A stretch of 64,000 bases of DNA. Source: Octopus vulgaris. Lineage: Eukaryota. The notes under the pieces are model-generated. The model did no database searches and had not been told where the DNA came from. It saw only the letters and a list, made by a program, of their open reading frames with translations. The first letter of the stretch is position 1. The number at the start of each line of letters is the position of its first letter. The translations under genes were made by a program, and so were the position numbers. Of the stretch, positions 51,129-63,975 are shown in pieces. The DNA is taken from contig OX597836.1 of the NCBI GenBank assembly GCA_951406725.2, positions 26,846,001-26,910,000 of the forward strand, read 5' to 3'.

Positions 51129-51340
51129 AGGTGGCAAGCTGGCAGAAACGTTAGCACACTGGGCAAAGTGCTTAGTGGTATTTCGTCTGTCTTTACGTTA
51201 TGAGTTCAAATTCTGCTGAGGCTGACTCTGCCTTTCATCCTTTCGGGGTCGATAAGTTAAGTACCAGTTGCGTACTGGGGTCGATCTAATCGACTGGCCC
51301 CCCCTCTCCAAAACTTTCAGGCTTTGTGCTTAGAGTAGAA
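51129..51340 (+). mobile_element. SINE family B
   Basis: ggtggcaagctggcagaaacgttagc...gcctttcatcctttcggggtcgataagttaagtaccag. Confidence 0.85.
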
Positions 51341-51917
51341 TGATTGTGTTCTTGAGTGAAACACTTCATTTCAAGTTGCTCCAGTCCACTCAGCTGGCAA
51401 AAATGGGTGAGCCTGCAATGGACTGGTGACCCATCCAGGGGGCAATATCCAAATACAAAGAAAAGATTATAAATGCAAAATATAAACTAATGAAGACTAA
51501 TTAAAGAACTTTTAAAACATTGCTACAATGGGTGGCAATTAGGAGGTGGGTAATTGGTCAAATCAACTCCCTTGTATATTACTGGTATTTATTTTAATGA
51601 CCAATGCATCAAGCTATATTTAGTTTTCTCCCTTTAAGTTCTGAGTACAAACTCAGGCATACTTCACTGACTCCTTCAAGTTTCTCGGTTCTTAAGAACT
51701 GAGGATACAGGTAGGGCTGAGGAGATTTAAGAAGTTTGTTTCACAATTAGAAGACCCATGATTTGATCCCTCTTATTTTTTTCATCTTTTAATCAAGGAA
51801 AAGGGGCAGTGGCCATAATCCTTTTACAGGATCTCTATGACAAGTGGGAAAAAGAGAGGGAGAGGAAGGAAAGCATCAACAAATTGGAGACTTGGCCTGA
51901 ATGAGAGCAACAGAGCA

Positions 51918-52410
51918 GATGCATGGTGTAGTGGTTAAAGTGTTGCATTCGTGATTGTAAGATTGTGGTTTCAATTCCTGGACCAGGTAATGATTGTGTT
52001 CTTGAGTGAAACACTTCATTTCAAGTTGCTCCAGTCCACTCAGCTGGCAAAAATGGGTGAGCCTGCAATGGACTGGCGATCCATCCAGGGGGCAATATTT
52101 ACACCACAGAGGTGAACCGGCAGAATCATTAGCACACCTGGCAAAATGCTTAGTGGTATTTCATCTGCCATTATGTTCAGAGTTCAAATTCCATCGTGGT
52201 CGACTTTGCCTTTCATCCTTTCGGGTCAATTAAATAAGTACCAGTTACGCACTGCAGTTGATGAAATTGACATAACCCCTTTATCTGTCCTTGTTTGTCC
52301 CCTCTCTGTTTAGCTCCCTGTGGACAACAAAGAAATAAATATTTACACCACAGAACCCAGGAAATTGGCCCTGTGAATCTCTGATTCAGATAGGAGTTTT
52401 CTTATCCTTA
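51918..52410 (+). mobile_element. tRNA-headed SINE with CORE-like and V-domain-like segments, split by a SINE B (52111-52337)
   Basis: Head gatgcatggtgtagtggtt..gtttcaattcc and V-like CCTGCAATGGACTGGCGATCCATCCAGGGG. The insert has a 17-bp TSD AATATTTACACCACAGA (52094-52110, 52338-52354). Confidence 0.75.
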
Positions 52411-52433
52411 TCCAACTGGGTAGACACTATTAA

Positions 52434-53025
52434 CCTTTTAGTATTCAGATTTTCACTCTGTCAAATCTTATGCTAATTTATCTTCTATCTTTTACCTATT
52501 TCAGTCATTAAACTGTGGCCATGCTGGAGCACCACTTTGAACAATTACCTTTTAGTCGGATAAATCGCCCCCAAGGCTTTATTTTTTAAAATCTGGTATT
52601 TATGTTCTCTCCCTTTTGTCTTTTGTCAAACTGCTAAATTACAGGGATGTAAACACACCAACACCGGTTGTCGTGTGATGGCAGGGGACAAACAGACATG
52701 AAGACACACACACACATATGACAGGCTTCTTTCAGTTTCTGTCTATCAAACCAACTCACAAGGCTTTGGTTGGCTCAAGGCTTTCGTAGAAGACACTTGC
52801 CCAAGGTGCCACACAGTGGGACTGAACCCGGAACCATGTGGTTGGGGAAGGAAGCTTCTTACCACACAGCCATGCCTATCTCATAGCTTTGAGATTTTGA
52901 TGATGTAACAGTTGATTTTTAGAATGACATTGTAGGGTAGGAGTGAGAGGACAGATCTGGCCAGTTTGAACACAAAACAGGAAGAATATTTTGAGCCAGA
53001 TATGGCCAGTTTAAATGCTACCAGG
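52434..53025. mobile_element. piggyBac-like MITE (same family as 32-684) split by SINE A (about 52485-52878, minus)
   Basis: TTAA-CCT...AGG-TTAA termini and internal similarity to 32-216 plus 643-684. Confidence 0.65.
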
Positions 53026-54114
53026 TTAAAGGGACCCATGATGTCAGATGATGGTGTTAAACTGGATGAGGGATTAAGTCAACCACCCAGGTGGGCCACT
53101 GTGAGATTTGAACTCTGAGAGCTGAAATGAATACCAGAAGGCATCCATCCAATACTCTAATATTTCCACCATCCACCACCCTAAACTGTTACTTTATTTA
53201 TTAACCTCAGAAGAATGGAAAACAAAACTGACTTTGGTAGGATTTGAACTCACAATGCAAAGAGACAGAACAAATACAAGCAAATCCAACCCAGTACTCT
53301 AACATTTCCACTGGTCCACTGTCCTAAGACATTATTTCTTTTACTGACCTCCACAGGGGAATAAAAGACACAATCAAGCTGGGCAGGATTTGAACCTGAA
53401 ACACAATGTACTGGAATTAATTACAACACGGCATTTTGTCTGACACCCTAATGACTCAGCCAGTTATCCAGTCATACAAAGGGGTGTCCTGAGTACGTGT
53501 CTTTTATCATAGCCATGTAAGAAAAACAGATGAGATGGAGATTGTGTGGAAGGTTGTGAAATGGACTGTAGAGGGAATTCATGTCATACTACTTTGGTGC
53601 TGGAGAATTATGTAAGGGATACATGTGCCTGAGGTATACTCAGTCACTTATCCATTTACACGCACATTTAGCGAAGGGGTAGCTGAGCCACTGAATGCTT
53701 ATCATTGAATCTAACAGGGACTTTATCATCATCACCATCACCACCATCATCATCATCATCAACAACAGCAGCAGCAATAGCAGCAGCACCACCACCATTT
53801 CCTTCACATCACGGTAAGTCAACGAAACCTTCGTCCATTATATAGTGTTCCCCCTGTTGCTCAGATGTGTTATTAAATTGACATTGGGTTCAGAAACCTG
53901 ATCATTAAGATCTAGGACAGTGGAACAGGGAAAGGGTCACACATCGTTACACTTCTGTTGACATCCAGACACCTCTCTTGTTGATCTTTAGTCCCAGGCG
54001 CTGCAGATCTATGATCAAAAGTGATTCAAACGTGACCATCCCGTTTTTTTTTCCCCACAGATATAATCTATATAAGATTACATTTTGTATTTATTATTTT
54101 TTTTACAGTGTGAC

Positions 54115-54543
54115 CAGCGCTGGAATAACCATTAAGCAAAATTAAGCACGTGCTTAGGGCATCAAGGGAAAGCGAGGGAGGGGGAGGAACTACAAAAATT
54201 GTAAATGGCTTACGGCACAAAAGAAAACACTTTAAACTTGCTAAAATAAATATTCGAGGAGGTTTATATGATCGGAAATATACTTCGAAGTGTTCATGGC
54301 GTTATAGTCAGGATCTGATCAAAGACTTTGCAATTAAAAAAAATAGGTAACTTATGAAACATAAAATGGGAGTACGCTAAAAACAAACATTTATTTTGCA
54401 TCTTACAGTTAGTCTTATTTCATTTTGAAATGCAAAAATTTATTTTACGGTTTATTATTGTTTATATTTTGAATTATATTTATACGGGGGGCACCAAAAT
54501 CTTTTAAGTGCTCAGGGCTTCTATGGGTCTCAATCCGTCCCTC
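54115..54543. mobile_element. Possible hAT-like MITE
   Basis: CAGCGCTGGA.. / ..AATCCGTCCCTC termini and subterminal GTGCT(T/C)AGGGC repeats. No clear TSD. Confidence 0.4.
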
Positions 54544-55050
54544 TTTGTGCATGACTCAAGAGATTTGGCTGTTATTTCTAGCGGGTCGTGTGATTACGTA
54601 GAGCAAGAGCGTGAAACCCCATGTCCGCATTTAAATCTTAAATTCTATAGAAACAAGTCATTAAAGGAGACAAAACGGTTTCAACCTCAAGGCCAGATCA
54701 GTGAGTCGCCTATTTATGGATTTATAAAATCATTTTTCTAGGTACACATGCACCCCACAGGTTCTTCTGCCCTTCTGATTCGTCCTTAGTGCTAAAAAAA
54801 AAAAAGGATCTCCACTCTTAATTGTAAGTACTCTCATGCTAGCTCGTCCCTACAACCTGCGCCTCTTGCTTAATTCTGAATAGCCATTTTAAATATACAA
54901 GAATTATGCGCGTACGTATGTATGTATGTGTCTATATCTGTGCATGTGTGTGTGTATATCTGGGTGTATATGTGTGTGTGGTGTGTTTATGTATTGATAT
55001 ATTGGCTATTTACATATGATGTATAAAGTTTTAAAAAGAAATCAAATTAC

Positions 55051-55140
55051 CCAGCGTGTAATCGATGATGTTTGCCCATCTTGCAATGGTGTGTTATTCG
55101 TCCGACATCCACTTCTTCGTCGTTTCTTTCGCCGAGGCAT
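55051..55140 (-). CDS. Candidate first coding exon of the LAP1/LULL1-like gene (MPRRKKRRRSGCRTNNTPLQDGQTSSITRW)
   Basis: ATG at 55140, exactly 30 codons, then donor TGG|GTAATT (phase 0, matching the 40477 acceptor). Upstream acceptor tttttacag at 55300-55301 suggests a spliced 5'UTR. Confidence 0.5.
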
Positions 55141-56666
55141 AATCCTTATTAAATGTCCTTTCCGTTTAAATTTCTTTGTTTTCTTTCAGTTTTCAATGGC
55201 CCAAATCTAATTCATTCTTCTCAAAGACAAATTCAATTAACTTAAGGGGCGAATTCTTCCGATATATCGCTATAAATAACGAAAGAAAATATACCATTTC
55301 TGTAAAAATTCCATATAACAATTCTTTGCCAACCGTTTTTTGGTTATGTGTGTGTGTGTATGTATGTGAGTATCCATGAATGTGTATGTGTATGTATGTG
55401 TGTATCTATGTGTGCGTGTTTGTGTTTGGAAGTGTCAACGACAGACGCTAATTGTCAAAGGTTAAAACGAGGCTGATTAATTTAAAGAGCCAAGTTGTGA
55501 TGATCTTGACTGTGCAGAGCTGATCTCAGTATTTAAGAAGGCATTTCTTCGATAAAATTTTTTTTTTTTTTAATGAGGGCCATGCTTGGAAATTCACAGC
55601 TCACCTCTCTTCAAACAATACGAACTTATCTTATTTAACGAATTTTATATTTGTGTTCTTTCCATCGGCGATCGATAAAGACTTACACACTTGACTGGGT
55701 TCACGTGTTCCTAAATGGTTGAGACAGATTCTGGCGTGGAAATAAAGAATAAAGACCACATGTGAGGCATCATGTGGTCTGTGGTTTCATTTGAGGCGCC
55801 TGTTGACCAGGCTTTGCGGAATTCAAGTATGGTCTCTGCTGCCTGAATGAGGATTTTGCGCCTTTGCTGATGGGGTACGTCATAAGGGGTTTGTTATGCG
55901 CAAGCTGTTCTCAGGATTCTGTGTCAACCCATGTTCATTGCTTTCAATGTTAATATCAGGCTCACCAGGTGACCCTTTTTTTTTTTTACTGCAACAGTAG
56001 AAACTCGTCATAAAGGAGTTGCTTTGGTAAGTCTATATTATTCATCCGAACGCCATGGCTGATCAAACAATCTTGGTTTTCCGTAACAGAATATATATTG
56101 GCGGGAATTACAACAGTTGGAGTTCTTCTCTCATGCACATACCATGCCCAGGTTTAATAGATTCACAACAAGGAAAGAAGGACTGGTGCTCCAGACAATG
56201 AGATTCCAATTCCAATTTCCATCACAGGACACACACTTATTGTTTTACTCTTTTACTTGTTTCAATCCGAAAGCTGCAGCCAGGGTTTGTCATTCAGCTT
56301 TTAGATCCAGCTCTAATGAGTCGACCTATGATCAAAAACATTCTAACCTGGATAATCTCGCATTTTCTTTTTAAATAAAACAAAAACTATCTAAAAAATT
56401 CGCTTTTAAATTAAATCGCAGCCGACCATTTTGGGCAAGGCGCGGACACATGCTGGACACCCTGCTTATCTAAGCAAGATATCTTAGATATTAGAGATGA
56501 AATAACTTTAACCATGGGTCTGTTCAATCAGATTTGCTTGGATCTAAACAACCTACCTTTGTTAGAAGTGAAAGCCTTAATAATAATAATAATAACAATG
56601 AGAGGAGGTTTTGTTTCGCTCTTACTTCTACCGAACCAACACAATAATAATAATGGTACAAGTACC

Positions 56667-56702
<36 letters not shown>

Positions 56703-57184
56703 TGAGAGGAGGTTTTGTTTCGCTCTTATTTCTAGCAGGTCGAACCAACACGTATTTTTCGCCCGTGATCACTAGCAGTTTGCTTTTTGATTCTCGTGTT
56801 TTGTTTTCGATTTTATTTTCCTAAACTTAATGTGTTATAACAGTGTTTTCTCTCTGGTATACAGCCTACAATGCTGAGATTTGCTTCAAAATTATATTTT
56901 AAATACCAATCCATGCATGATTAAACTTACCGTAATTTCTTTGGTCAAACTTTACTTCCCTTATGTTCAATGTCCATTATTTTATTTTCCCATAATAAAA
57001 TTCTGAGCTTCAGACAGTTTAGAGAGTCAGAGATGGTCTAAGTCACTATTTACTGCTTGTAAGTAATAAAATATTCATTGTAACATATTCTGACGCCTGG
57101 GAATAAGTCATTTTTAATTCTGGAATCCAAGAATAAGCAAAATGTCTTGAAACTACAATACCTACCTATTTGTCATTTAAAACT

Positions 57185-57372
57185 GATAATCCTCTCTACT
57201 GAAATTTTGGGTGAGGGGGCTGATTGATTACATCAACCCAAATGCTTGACTGGTATTTAATCCGAAAGGAGGAAAGGCAAAGTCAATCTCAGCGGAATTT
57301 GAACTCAGAACGTAAGGGCAACCGAAATGCCGCTAAGCCCGGCGTGCTAACGATTCTGCTAACTCGCCGCTT
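57185..57372 (-). mobile_element. SINE family B
   Basis: gaaaggcaaagtcaatctcagcggaatttgaactcagaacg...gctaacgattctgctaactcgccgc. Confidence 0.75.
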
Positions 57373-57443
57373 TATTTGAGAGTGTTAAGACCTAGTTACA
57401 TCGCTCACCCGCTGGTTAAATCGCACAGAGCGAGGTTTTAGAT

Positions 57444-57615
57444 CAGTGCTCCGCACCCTTTTTTCACTTGTGGTACACATATCCTTTTCAGAATTCGGCA
57501 GCAGATCTGAACTAAAATTAGAACTAAAAGTATAGGGAAAAAAATTATATGCGGCACATCTAGCATCGTCTCGTGGCACACCAATGTGCCGCGATATACC
57601 GGTTGCGGAGCACTG
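57444..57615. mobile_element. hAT (Charlie-like) MITE
   Basis: 12-bp perfect TIR CAGTGCTCCGCA/TGCGGAGCACTG and 8-bp flanks TTTTAGAT/GTTTAGAC. Confidence 0.75.
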
Positions 57616-57726
57616 GTTTAGACTGAGCTATAACGTGGCTGTTGGTTAATTTGTGTCGGTGTAGTCCACTTCTTAACGACTTCAATATTTCAAGTTTATC
57701 TTTTTTCTAAGAATTTAAGTTTTTGA

Positions 57727-57886
57727 CAGGGACAGACCGAGCCGTCAGGCAATCGGGTACTTCCCGAGGGCCCAGAGCTCTGAGGGGCCCCGCATGCTAC
57801 ATGTTAACTCTACTAAAACACACATTCAAAAGGGCCCGGGTAAACAGTTATGCTCGAGGGCCCTTAAATGTCTCAGTCCGCCCCTG
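57727..57886. mobile_element. hAT-like MITE
   Basis: TIR CAGGGACAGACCGAG / CTCAGTCCGCCCCTG, 8-bp TSD GT(T/C)TTTGA and internal GGGCCC repeats. Confidence 0.75.
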
Positions 57887-58857
57887 GTCTTTGATGTACA
57901 TCACACACACACGCACTGGTAGACCAAAAAGGCCCCTGTTTTTACAACCGAATATATGAAGTTTATTGAATAACTAAAAAAGGAACTCTTGGAAGTATTG
58001 TCCGGCAATGTTTCATCTGTAGTATCACAACTATCATTTTAACTATCGGCTGATTTATCGACATCCTCGCCAGTTTGTGAGGAAAATTTTGCTTACATTT
58101 CGTTCATCACCTTTTAAATTTTTGTATGACTGTTGTAATCTTTCACATTGTTCACCTGTTCATCTCTTATTTCCATAGACCCATTTGTGTTGTTTTACCA
58201 ATCCCTATCATGTTTAGTTTTCATGGAATTTATCCCTTCGTTGATTCCTTGCATGCGGCAGATTTGTGGGTGTATATATATTTGTGTGTGTGTGCGCGCA
58301 TACATTCACACACCTACGCACAGACATGCATATATATTCAAAGTGCCTGTATGCTGGTGTGTAGGTGTGTATGTGAGAAAGTGAAAGTGAGATAGACAGA
58401 GGTAGGAGAACGATAATATGCATTTACACACAAACAATTAGACGCCCAGACACAGACTTGTAACCATAGACCTATGTCGACCTGTCTTTATACCAATGGC
58501 GATATATGAAGTTTATTGAATAACTAAAGAAAAAAAAACGGGACCCCGGAGGCTAAGACACAGGACACCGTCTGCCGATCCATCGATTGGCAAAACTAAC
58601 ATTTAAAAAACTTTTGACTTGGTCCCAAAATAAAAATAATCATAATTTTATGAACATTTATCATGCTTTTATCTCATCTTTTACTTGTTTTAGTCATTAG
58701 ACTGTGGCCATGCTGGGGCACCGCCTTGAAGAATTTATAGTCCAATATGTCGACCCCAGTACCTTTTTGTTTTAAAGCCTGGTACTTATTCTAGCGATCT
58801 CTTTTGCTGAACCGCTAATTATCTGTGAATATATCGACAGTGAAGTATGTACTGTAT

Positions 58858-59100
58858 GTGTTTCTGGTTGGAACTCCCAGGTTTCCTATCCTGAAATTGC
58901 CTGGTTAGAAGTCCATACGATTACAGAAACACTGCCAAACATCTTGTAACTGTTATGGTACCAACCAGTATGTTACAGAGGGTGTTTCTGGTTCGAAGCC
59001 CCAGGTTTCCCGTCCTGAAATTGCCTGGTTCATACGATTACAGGTACACTGCCAAACATCTTGTAACTGTTATGGTACCAACCAGTATGTTACAGGGAGT
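58858..59100 (+). repeat. ~120-bp tandem duplication
   Basis: GTGTTTCTGGTT..CCAGGTTTCC..TCCTGAAATTGCCTGGTT..ACTGCCAAACATCTTGTAACTGTTATGGTACCAACCAGTATGTTACAG occurs twice. Confidence 0.85.
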
Positions 59101-59891
59101 GTTTAAAAACTCAAAGGTTCATAAAACATCCCCAACAAAGCCCCAAAACGAGAGGAAGAATGACATACTTCACACTAGTTTTCAGGTGTTCGGGTGAGCC
59201 TCCTGGCGAACACACTCTCTAACCTCTGCCAAAGGCTGAAAGGGACTTAACAATATTTGAAACCCAAAACACTGGACAAGCGTCACTTATATTGCAACGT
59301 TATGATAGCAATATGGGAATAGAATAATTGCAAAATTCATTTTAAACACGCATACGAACGAGTTCGCAAACATACATGCACTTACGTACCTCTATACACA
59401 CATACATACATTCAGCACAAGGCCTGGAATTTTCACGGAGTGGGTTAATCGATTACATGGATCTGAGTATGAAGAGTGAAAGCAAAGTCGAATTGGGCGA
59501 CATTTAAATTCGGGTTCATCCATCCGTCCGTCCGTCCTTCTGTTCCTCATCCCAAAATTTTCTAGAAATACTTTTCAAATGGTGTAGATTAAGGGATTGG
59601 GCCTCTAACCGCGAAGTTCTTGTCATCGTTGGTAGCTCGTCTCACCGAGGTAGGTGATGCTCGTGGGGGCGCTTGTCTTTCCCAACGCCTTAGCCATCGC
59701 CCGTGGTAATGCTGTGAGCTGGCTTACTTTCGCTAGCTTCCGTTGAACCTTGTGATGTGCGACCATTTGAAGCACTTGGTGCTGCATTGTTTTTTTTTCT
59801 TCTTTTTCTTGCTTCTCATTTTCTCTCTCTCCCATTTGCCTCCGCTTTTTTGCCCTTTTCTTTGTCTTTCTTTTGGCGGAATCACGACTAT

Positions 59892-60296
59892 TACTCTTTT
59901 ACTTGTTTCAGTCATTTGACTGCGACCATGCTGGAGCACCACCTTTAGTCGAGCAAATCGACCCCGGGACTTATTCTTTGTAAGCCCAGTACTTATTCTA
60001 TCGATCTCTTTTGCCGAACCGCTAAGTGACGGGGACGTAAACACACCAGCATTGGTTGTCAAGCAATACTAGGGGGACAAACACAGACACACAAACACAT
60101 ACACACATATATATATATATATATACATATATACGACAGGCTTCTTTCAGTTTCCGTCTACCAAATCCACTCACAAGGCATTGGTCGGCCCGGGGCTATA
60201 GCAGAAGACACTTGCCCAAGATGCCACGCAGTGGGACTGAACCCGGAACCATGTGGTTGGTTAGCAAGCTACTTACCACACAACCACTCCTGTACC
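59892..60296 (-). mobile_element. SINE family A, full length, young
   Basis: Near-identical to 2606-3066 outside the microsatellite. Confidence 0.85.
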
Positions 60297-61339
60297 TATT
60301 GTTTAGGATTTGTATTTCAATAAATCTTGGGTTTGATTTGTTCGACTAAAGGTGGTGCACCAGCATGGCCGCAGTCACATGACTGAAACAAATAAATCAA
60401 TAAAAAAAATTATGCCGTTTTAATCCCGAGCAACGCCGGGCATCTCTGCAATGAAACTCCTTTTAGCAGCAAAGTCGATCTTGGCAAGATTTGAACACTA
60501 TTTCGTACTACTAAACTAGAGATTGGTAGCCAGACCAGCGTGTTTTACTACTCCGTGCCTGTTTAACACCATGTCTATTAAATATTATATTAAATATTGT
60601 TAGACCAATTTATAACACACACACACACACACACGCGTAAACAGACGAAACGGGATAATGTATATATGTGATATGTATATATAGCGCCGACCCCATTAAG
60701 ATTAATATTACTTTATTGGTAAAAGAAGCAAAACATTTCCTGACATTTCCTAGCGAGTTCCTAAGGGAATTTTACGATTTGCTTAAGCGTTTAAAGGTTT
60801 TAAGACATGCAAAGCTTCAATCGTTCATAGACATTGTCAGTGACAGTTTCAATAAACAAGCCGTCAAAGGTCATAGTGTTAAATCGCTTCTCGGCTTTTC
60901 CACGAAGATCAAAAATGTAGTCACAGTATTAAACAATTACCACTTCATACAGCTGACATCTGTAGGTGACTGGGCCGTTTGATGGTCATAGAAGTCTAAT
61001 GGTCATAAAAAGTGGACGGTTCGTATTCCGTCAGTGGTGCCCAGCTGTGTTTTGTCCATGGTGAAGACACTTCACCAATATTAGTATAATACAGTATGGA
61101 AACCATAGTGTGTTAAGTAATAAGGCACTAAAAGAGAATGATCCCCTAGACACAATAAAGTACCGGACCAGTTAGTCGGCAAGCTTGGGACCGGAAGTGG
61201 TCCGGGTTTCTGGGTTTTCCGATTTTCTGGAGGCAACCTGATTATATACTTAGAATATAAAATAAACTAGGAAAAGTAGACAGCTTATTTATATTAAACA
61301 GATTCAAACTAAAGCATTTCTAAAACAGGGTTATTTTTA

Positions 61340-62465
61340 AGGGGAATGTTAGAGATTAAACATATTATTCTGGGTTAGTAGTGTATTAATTTAGCACTTG
61401 AAAAGTGTTTTAGAAGTGTATTAATTTATACCTGTATCTGTTATATTTTAGAAAAATATGGAGATCATGATTCTGAAAAAAAAAAAATTGTAAAATTTCA
61501 ATTTTTCAAAAAAAAATAAATAAATAAACAGCCCCCTTCTCCTCCGCCCTATGACAAGAAGTGTAAAGTGTTTTCTCTACTGTTTCACGCATGCATAGAA
61601 TTATAAAATAGCAGACGCAAAAAGTATCTAAACAGAAAACCTGGACATGTTAGAAACACGGTTTCAAAATTCTAATACGAATTAGAAAAGAAGAAAAAAA
61701 TTTCAGAACTTAAAACCCCTCCCTCCCCGTAATTTCTTTATTTTTCTATTTTAGACATATTTTGGGGCGAAATACGTAGAAAAATACGGATATTATGATT
61801 CTAAAAAACATTGTTTGTAAAATTTCAGTTTTTCAAAAAAAAAAAAGAAAAAAACCCCGCCACTCCCCTCCATCCTATGACAGAAACTACCTTGTGTTTT
61901 ATACATTCTTTACCGGGTTCCTACCACCACAATAACCCCTCTCCCCACCCCACCCTTTTTTTCTGAACAGAAATATGGGGTTTGTGGCACATTAGGAGGT
62001 CAGATTACTTGATTCCCTGCAAAAATCCGAGGTTCTTTCTTTTCCTCAGTGAAACGCGTGCAGGTGAACTTGCCAAAATTTACCCAAACTTCTAAACCCA
62101 ACCATTCTTTCACAGAGTTTCACTATTTCAATGAAATTTTCTCCCACTGATTTTTTCCCGAATTTGTTGTGTCTCATTAGATGACACAACATATAACATC
62201 AAAAGTACCAACTAGTAAATATTTATTTAATAACGAACCATGTAATCCGCATTTTCAAAGACGTATTTCTGTGAAATGTTGGAGATGAGGTGGGTAAAAT
62301 TTTCGAGAGTTCCACCCCATCTCAGCCCCCATTTCCCGGACAAAAAACGTTTTATTTTTGTGGCATATTCAGAGGTCACCGATAATCAAAAGTGGCGATA
62401 GTTTAGGTGATGTTTCGGTGACAGTGTAGTGCTACTAACACCATTTTCGGCGATATTCGAGTCTA
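61340..62465. repeat. Unclassified AT-rich repeat with internal ~100-bp direct repeats
   Basis: GAAAAATA.GGA.AT.ATGATTCT.AAAAA..TGTAAAATTTCA.TTTTTCAAAAAAAA..CCCC..CTATGACA at about 61450 and 61779. Confidence 0.4.
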
Positions 62466-62467
62466 TC

Positions 62468-62566
62468 GTGTCTTCTACTGTAACCTCGGGCCGCCCGAAA
62501 CCTTGTGAGTGGATTTGGTTGACCGAACTGAAAGAAGCCCATCGCATGCATGCATGCATACATACA

Positions 62567-62597
<31 letters not shown>

Positions 62598-62635
62598 CTA
62601 CACATATGCATGTGTCTTTGTGTCTGTGTTTGTCC
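62468..62635 (+). mobile_element. SINE family A body; resumes at 63976 after the LINE insertion
   Basis: gtgtcttctactg..ccttgtgagtggatttgg..ctgaaagaagccc..tgtctgtgtttgtcc. Confidence 0.75.
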
Positions 62636-63975
62636 GCCACCCTCAGCCATATCCCAGAAGTGGTGTGGGAGGAAGTTATCCTTGTTGGGAAGGGCGGAGG
62701 TTGCACAGGTGTCCATAGCATCTGTGATAACCTACCGCATAACCGTCGTGCCTTGCCCCGGTTTGTGACTTATCAAATTGGAGCGGATCCTTTTCCACGT
62801 TTTGTGGGGAAGTAAAACTCCACTTGTGAGGCGCTTTATCTGTTGCCAGAAACCGCTAAAGGGCGGGGCTGGGGATACCCTGGCTAATGATGCACAAGTA
62901 CGCGCTGAGGCTGAGACATCTCCGGTGCTACCTGGATGGTGAGCAGGTGTGGTCAACGCATGTCGAGCAACTCTTTCCAATGTTAAAGTCCCTGGTGGAC
63001 TTAGGTGCATGGTTCAAGCGGAGACCCAAGTTGAGGGAATGGCAAGAGGAGTGCAAACAAACACTTTCCCTCTTCTCTCGAGTGAGCAACGCTGACGGCA
63101 GGGTTACCACAGCGGGTTTTTATAGGGGGTTGGTAGAGCATAAGCCCGACGGTGTCCAGGGGGAGACTCTAGGCTTCGATAGGAGGCAGCTAGACAGCCT
63201 GTTCGCAAGGCCCTTCGGATCGAAATTTCTGGATAATTATCAGAAATCTTTGACCTGGTTGTGCTACCGATCGGCCTTACCGGTTCGGGGAAAGGTCGTT
63301 AAGGCATGGTTATGATCCCTCCCCCCCACGTGTCCGAGGTGCGGGCCTGCCAGTGAAACGGTCACGCACGCCTTCGTACACTGTGGGGAATTGAGGGAGT
63401 TGATGGCCTATGCCGAACAGCTGATGTCGGATGCAGAAAGTGTACGGCTCTCGACTGAGTCCATGATAAAGATTGTACCACCTTCCTCTTTCTCCAAAGA
63501 AGAGAAGGCAGTATTTCTCTGCGTAATAACAATATTGAAAGACGTGACATGGTAGACGCGAGTGAAAGGGATTGCGACAGGCCAATTCATCTCCGAACGT
63601 GGGCTGGTGGATTGCTTCGCCGCCCATCTTTCCAGCAAGATCCGTCTGGAGAGGAGGAACCTGCCGCAAAGAGTATTTGGAAAAAGATGGACGGAAGTAG
63701 TAAGAAAGATGAGAATACAAGGAGCCATGCTGACACGGTCAGTTCGAGCATAGAACAGGAAAGATTACCAAAAGGAAATCAACCGGCGGGTTAGTTCCCT
63801 AACCCGAACCCTGTAAATAGTAATAATTTAACGTCTTAATTTTTAACTTTATATCATTCGGCATTCATATCCATAATAAACTCATTCGTGTCTAATCTGT
63901 TGTAAGAGTGTGTCTGACCCTTAAATGTCCTTGTTTGTCCCCTCTATGTATCCTTTTTATAAGGAATAAAGAAAA
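62636..63975 (+). mobile_element. Tx1/L1-clade LINE, 5'-truncated ORF2 C-terminus with stops/frameshifts and 3'UTR
   Basis: W.GRKLSLLGRAEV..LERILF..LW..KGG.G.P..ALRLRHL..LTWLCYRSALPV..CPRCGPASETVTHAFVHC (CCHC). AATAAA near the end. TSD TCTGTGTTTGT(C/T)C (62623-62635, 63976-63988). Confidence 0.85.

Noticed and set aside
55690-55975. Possible Penelope GIY-YIG C-terminal relic on the minus strand (KILIQAAETILEFRKAWS)
   Set aside because: A single weak motif, not enough to call.
59623-59835. 70-aa minus-strand ORF in GC-richer sequence
   Set aside because: No recognisable domain or splice support; it may be a LINE ORF1 remnant.
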